Shown piece by piece: positions 4,041 to 5,104 of a DNA stretch of 5,104 nucleotides (positions are counted from its first letter, which is position 1; the number at the start of each line of letters is the position of its first letter). The notes beneath the pieces are model-generated. The model ran no database searches. It was not told where the DNA came from and worked only from the letters and a program-made list of their open reading frames with translations. The position numbers were made by a program, and so were the translations under genes. This stretch comes from a virus. The stretch is from positions 1 through 5,104 of IMG/VR virus record IMGVR_UViG_3300020029_000015. One strand, 5' to 3'.

Positions 4041-5104
4041 TTGGCTCGAAAAATTAGAGTTCGAGGTCATCGCTTCAGCGATGCTCCTGCAATGTATATG
4101 CGTCGGACTAAATTCGACCGCTCGCATGTCTATAAGACAACTTTCAATTCAGGCAAGCTCATACCTGTATTCGTTGATGAAGTACTGCCTGGCGACACTA
4201 CTAGGATGTCCGTTAATTACTTCGCTCGATTAGCGACGCCTATTAAGCCTATCATGGATAATATATATCTGGATTGGTTCTTCTTCTTCGTCCCCAATCG
4301 TCTAGTTTGGGACCACTGGCAGAATTTCTGCTTCGAGCAGGAAGACCCTGATGATAGCACTGATTATGTCATCCCTACCGTCACTGCTACTGCTAACTCT
4401 GATAATAATTATGTAGGCTCGCTATGGGACTATTTCGGCCTCCCCGTGAATACGACTAACAACTTATCCGGTATTAGCGCTCTTCCATTCCGCGCTGTCT
4501 ACCTAATCTGGAACGAATGGTTCCGAGATGAGAACCTCCAGAAGTCCGTTAAGATCCAGAAAGGCGATACCAATGAAATATTGGATTCTTCTCGCGTTTC
4601 CGATCAGCCTTCTTGGCTATTCTCTTCAGGGACCACTATAGTGTCTGGTCACGCTTGCCCCCCTCGCGGGAAGCGCCATGATTACTTCACCTCAGCGTTG
4701 CCCTGGACGCAGAAGGGACCCGGCGTATCTATAGGTCTTGCCGGTACCGCTACTCTAGTCGACCCTTCGCCTGTTTCAGGCTATTTCGTCCAACAGTCCA
4801 ATAACAGCTTAGGCGCTGCTCAGCTTTCTGAAGACGGTGGTGTTCATAGCGTCTATACCGGAAACGGTACGTTAACTTACCAAGGTGGTTATTCCACTTC
4901 TATAGCTGGTCACTCTGTCAACGGTTCTGGTTTGGCTACCGTTACCGCCCAACCCGGTTCTTCATGGCTCTCTAAGTCTGCTTATGCCGATCTGGATTCT
5001 TCTAGTATTTTCACGATCAACAGTCTTCGCACTGCCTTCCAGATGCAGAAGTTCTATGAGCGCCTTGCTCGCGGTGGTAGCCGGTACACTGAAGTGCTTC
5101 GCTC
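4041..5104 (+). CDS. VP1: Major capsid protein VP1, 5' portion. It runs off the window end and continues at nt 122 because 4984-5104 equals 1-121. The full gene is join(4041..4983,1..779), 573 aa.
   Basis: The frame opens after TAA 4005-4007, and by manual translation has no stop through 5104. SD AAGGTGA at 4030-4036 lies 4 nt before TTG 4041. Translation is (M)ARKIRVRGHRFSDAPAMYMRRTKFDRSHVYKTTFNSGKLIPVFVDEVLPGDTTRMSVNYFARLATPIKPIMDNIYLDWFFFFVPNRLVWDHW... and later ..CPPRGKRHDYFTSALPWTQKGP.. These are hallmark Microviridae capsid motifs (FD.SH..KTTF..G.L.P....EVLPGDT; HDYFTS.LP.PQKG). The gene is not in the supplied track because it has no stop within the window and a non-ATG start. Confidence 0.93.
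   Translation, partial: MARKIRVRGHRFSDAPAMYMRRTKFDRSHVYKTTFNSGKLIPVFVDEVLPGDTTRMSVNYFARLATPIKPIMDNIYLDWFFFFVPNRLVWDHWQNFCFEQEDPDDSTDYVIPTVTATANSDNNYVGSLWDYFGLPVNTTNNLSGISALPFRAVYLIWNEWFRDENLQKSVKIQKGDTNEILDSSRVSDQPSWLFSSGTTIVSGHACPPRGKRHDYFTSALPWTQKGPGVSIGLAGTATLVDPSPVSGYFVQQSNNSLGAAQLSEDGGVHSVYTGNGTLTYQGGYSTSIAGHSVNGSGLATVTAQPGSSWLSKSAYADLDSSSIFTINSLRTAFQMQKFYERLARGGSRYTEVLR
4984..5104. repeat. 121-nt exact terminal direct repeat (copy 2; copy 1 is 1..121), marking circular-genome closure
   Basis: A base-by-base comparison shows 1-121 and 4984-5104 are identical. The repeat lies inside the VP1 coding frame, and 4983 is divisible by 3, so the frame is preserved across the junction. Confidence 0.95.

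Noticed and set aside
4033-4233. 66-aa ORF from GTG 4033, in the +1 frame over the VP1 N-terminus, with a moderately hydrophobic stretch (VIASAMLLQCICVGL). It was considered as an E-like overprinted gene.
   Set aside because: The GTG sits inside the VP1 SD itself, and no separate SD lies upstream. An open run of 66 codons is within chance expectation for six frames of 5 kb. The hydrophobicity is explained by T-rich third positions of VP1 codons. It cannot be excluded, but it is weaker than the 2206..2442 case.
1-5104. A search for tRNA/rRNA genes, CRISPR repeat-spacer arrays, IS or transposase genes, integrase, and toxin-antitoxin or defence modules.
   Set aside because: No cloverleaf-like or rRNA-like segments were seen. 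No regularly spaced direct repeats were found. All coding capacity is accounted for by the microvirus core genes plus three small ORFs.

Overview
The window is one complete, circularly permuted genome of a small ssDNA phage of the family Microviridae, with Gokushovirinae-like gene content. Positions 1-121 are identical to 4984-5104, so the unit genome is 4,983 nt and the window was cut inside the major capsid gene. All credible genes lie on the + strand and are tightly packed. In order they are: VP1 major capsid (4041..5104, continuing 122..779; 573 aa by my coordinates; apparent TTG start), VP2 pilot/minor capsid protein (794..1480), an unassigned 79-aa protein with one N-terminal hydrophobic helix (1497..1736), a 36-aa arginine-rich DNA-binding protein of the ORF8/J type that is absent from the ORF track (1733..1843), the VP4 HUH rolling-circle replication initiator (1887..2798), an orphan 79-aa ORF (2830..3069), VP5 (3038..3328) and the VP3 internal scaffolding protein (3436..3918). 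Non-coding signals are two near-consensus extended -10 promoters, an intrinsic terminator with a GCGA loop, a short GC-rich island, and two hairpins in the VP3-VP1 intergenic region. The most interesting open questions are the small membrane-type protein, which is a candidate single-gene lysis or membrane factor because gokushoviruses have no established lysis gene; a very hydrophobic ORF overprinted in VP4; and the orphan ORF that has its own promoter. No tRNA, rRNA, CRISPR array, transposase or integrase was seen. All homology statements come from remembered family motifs, not from database searches.
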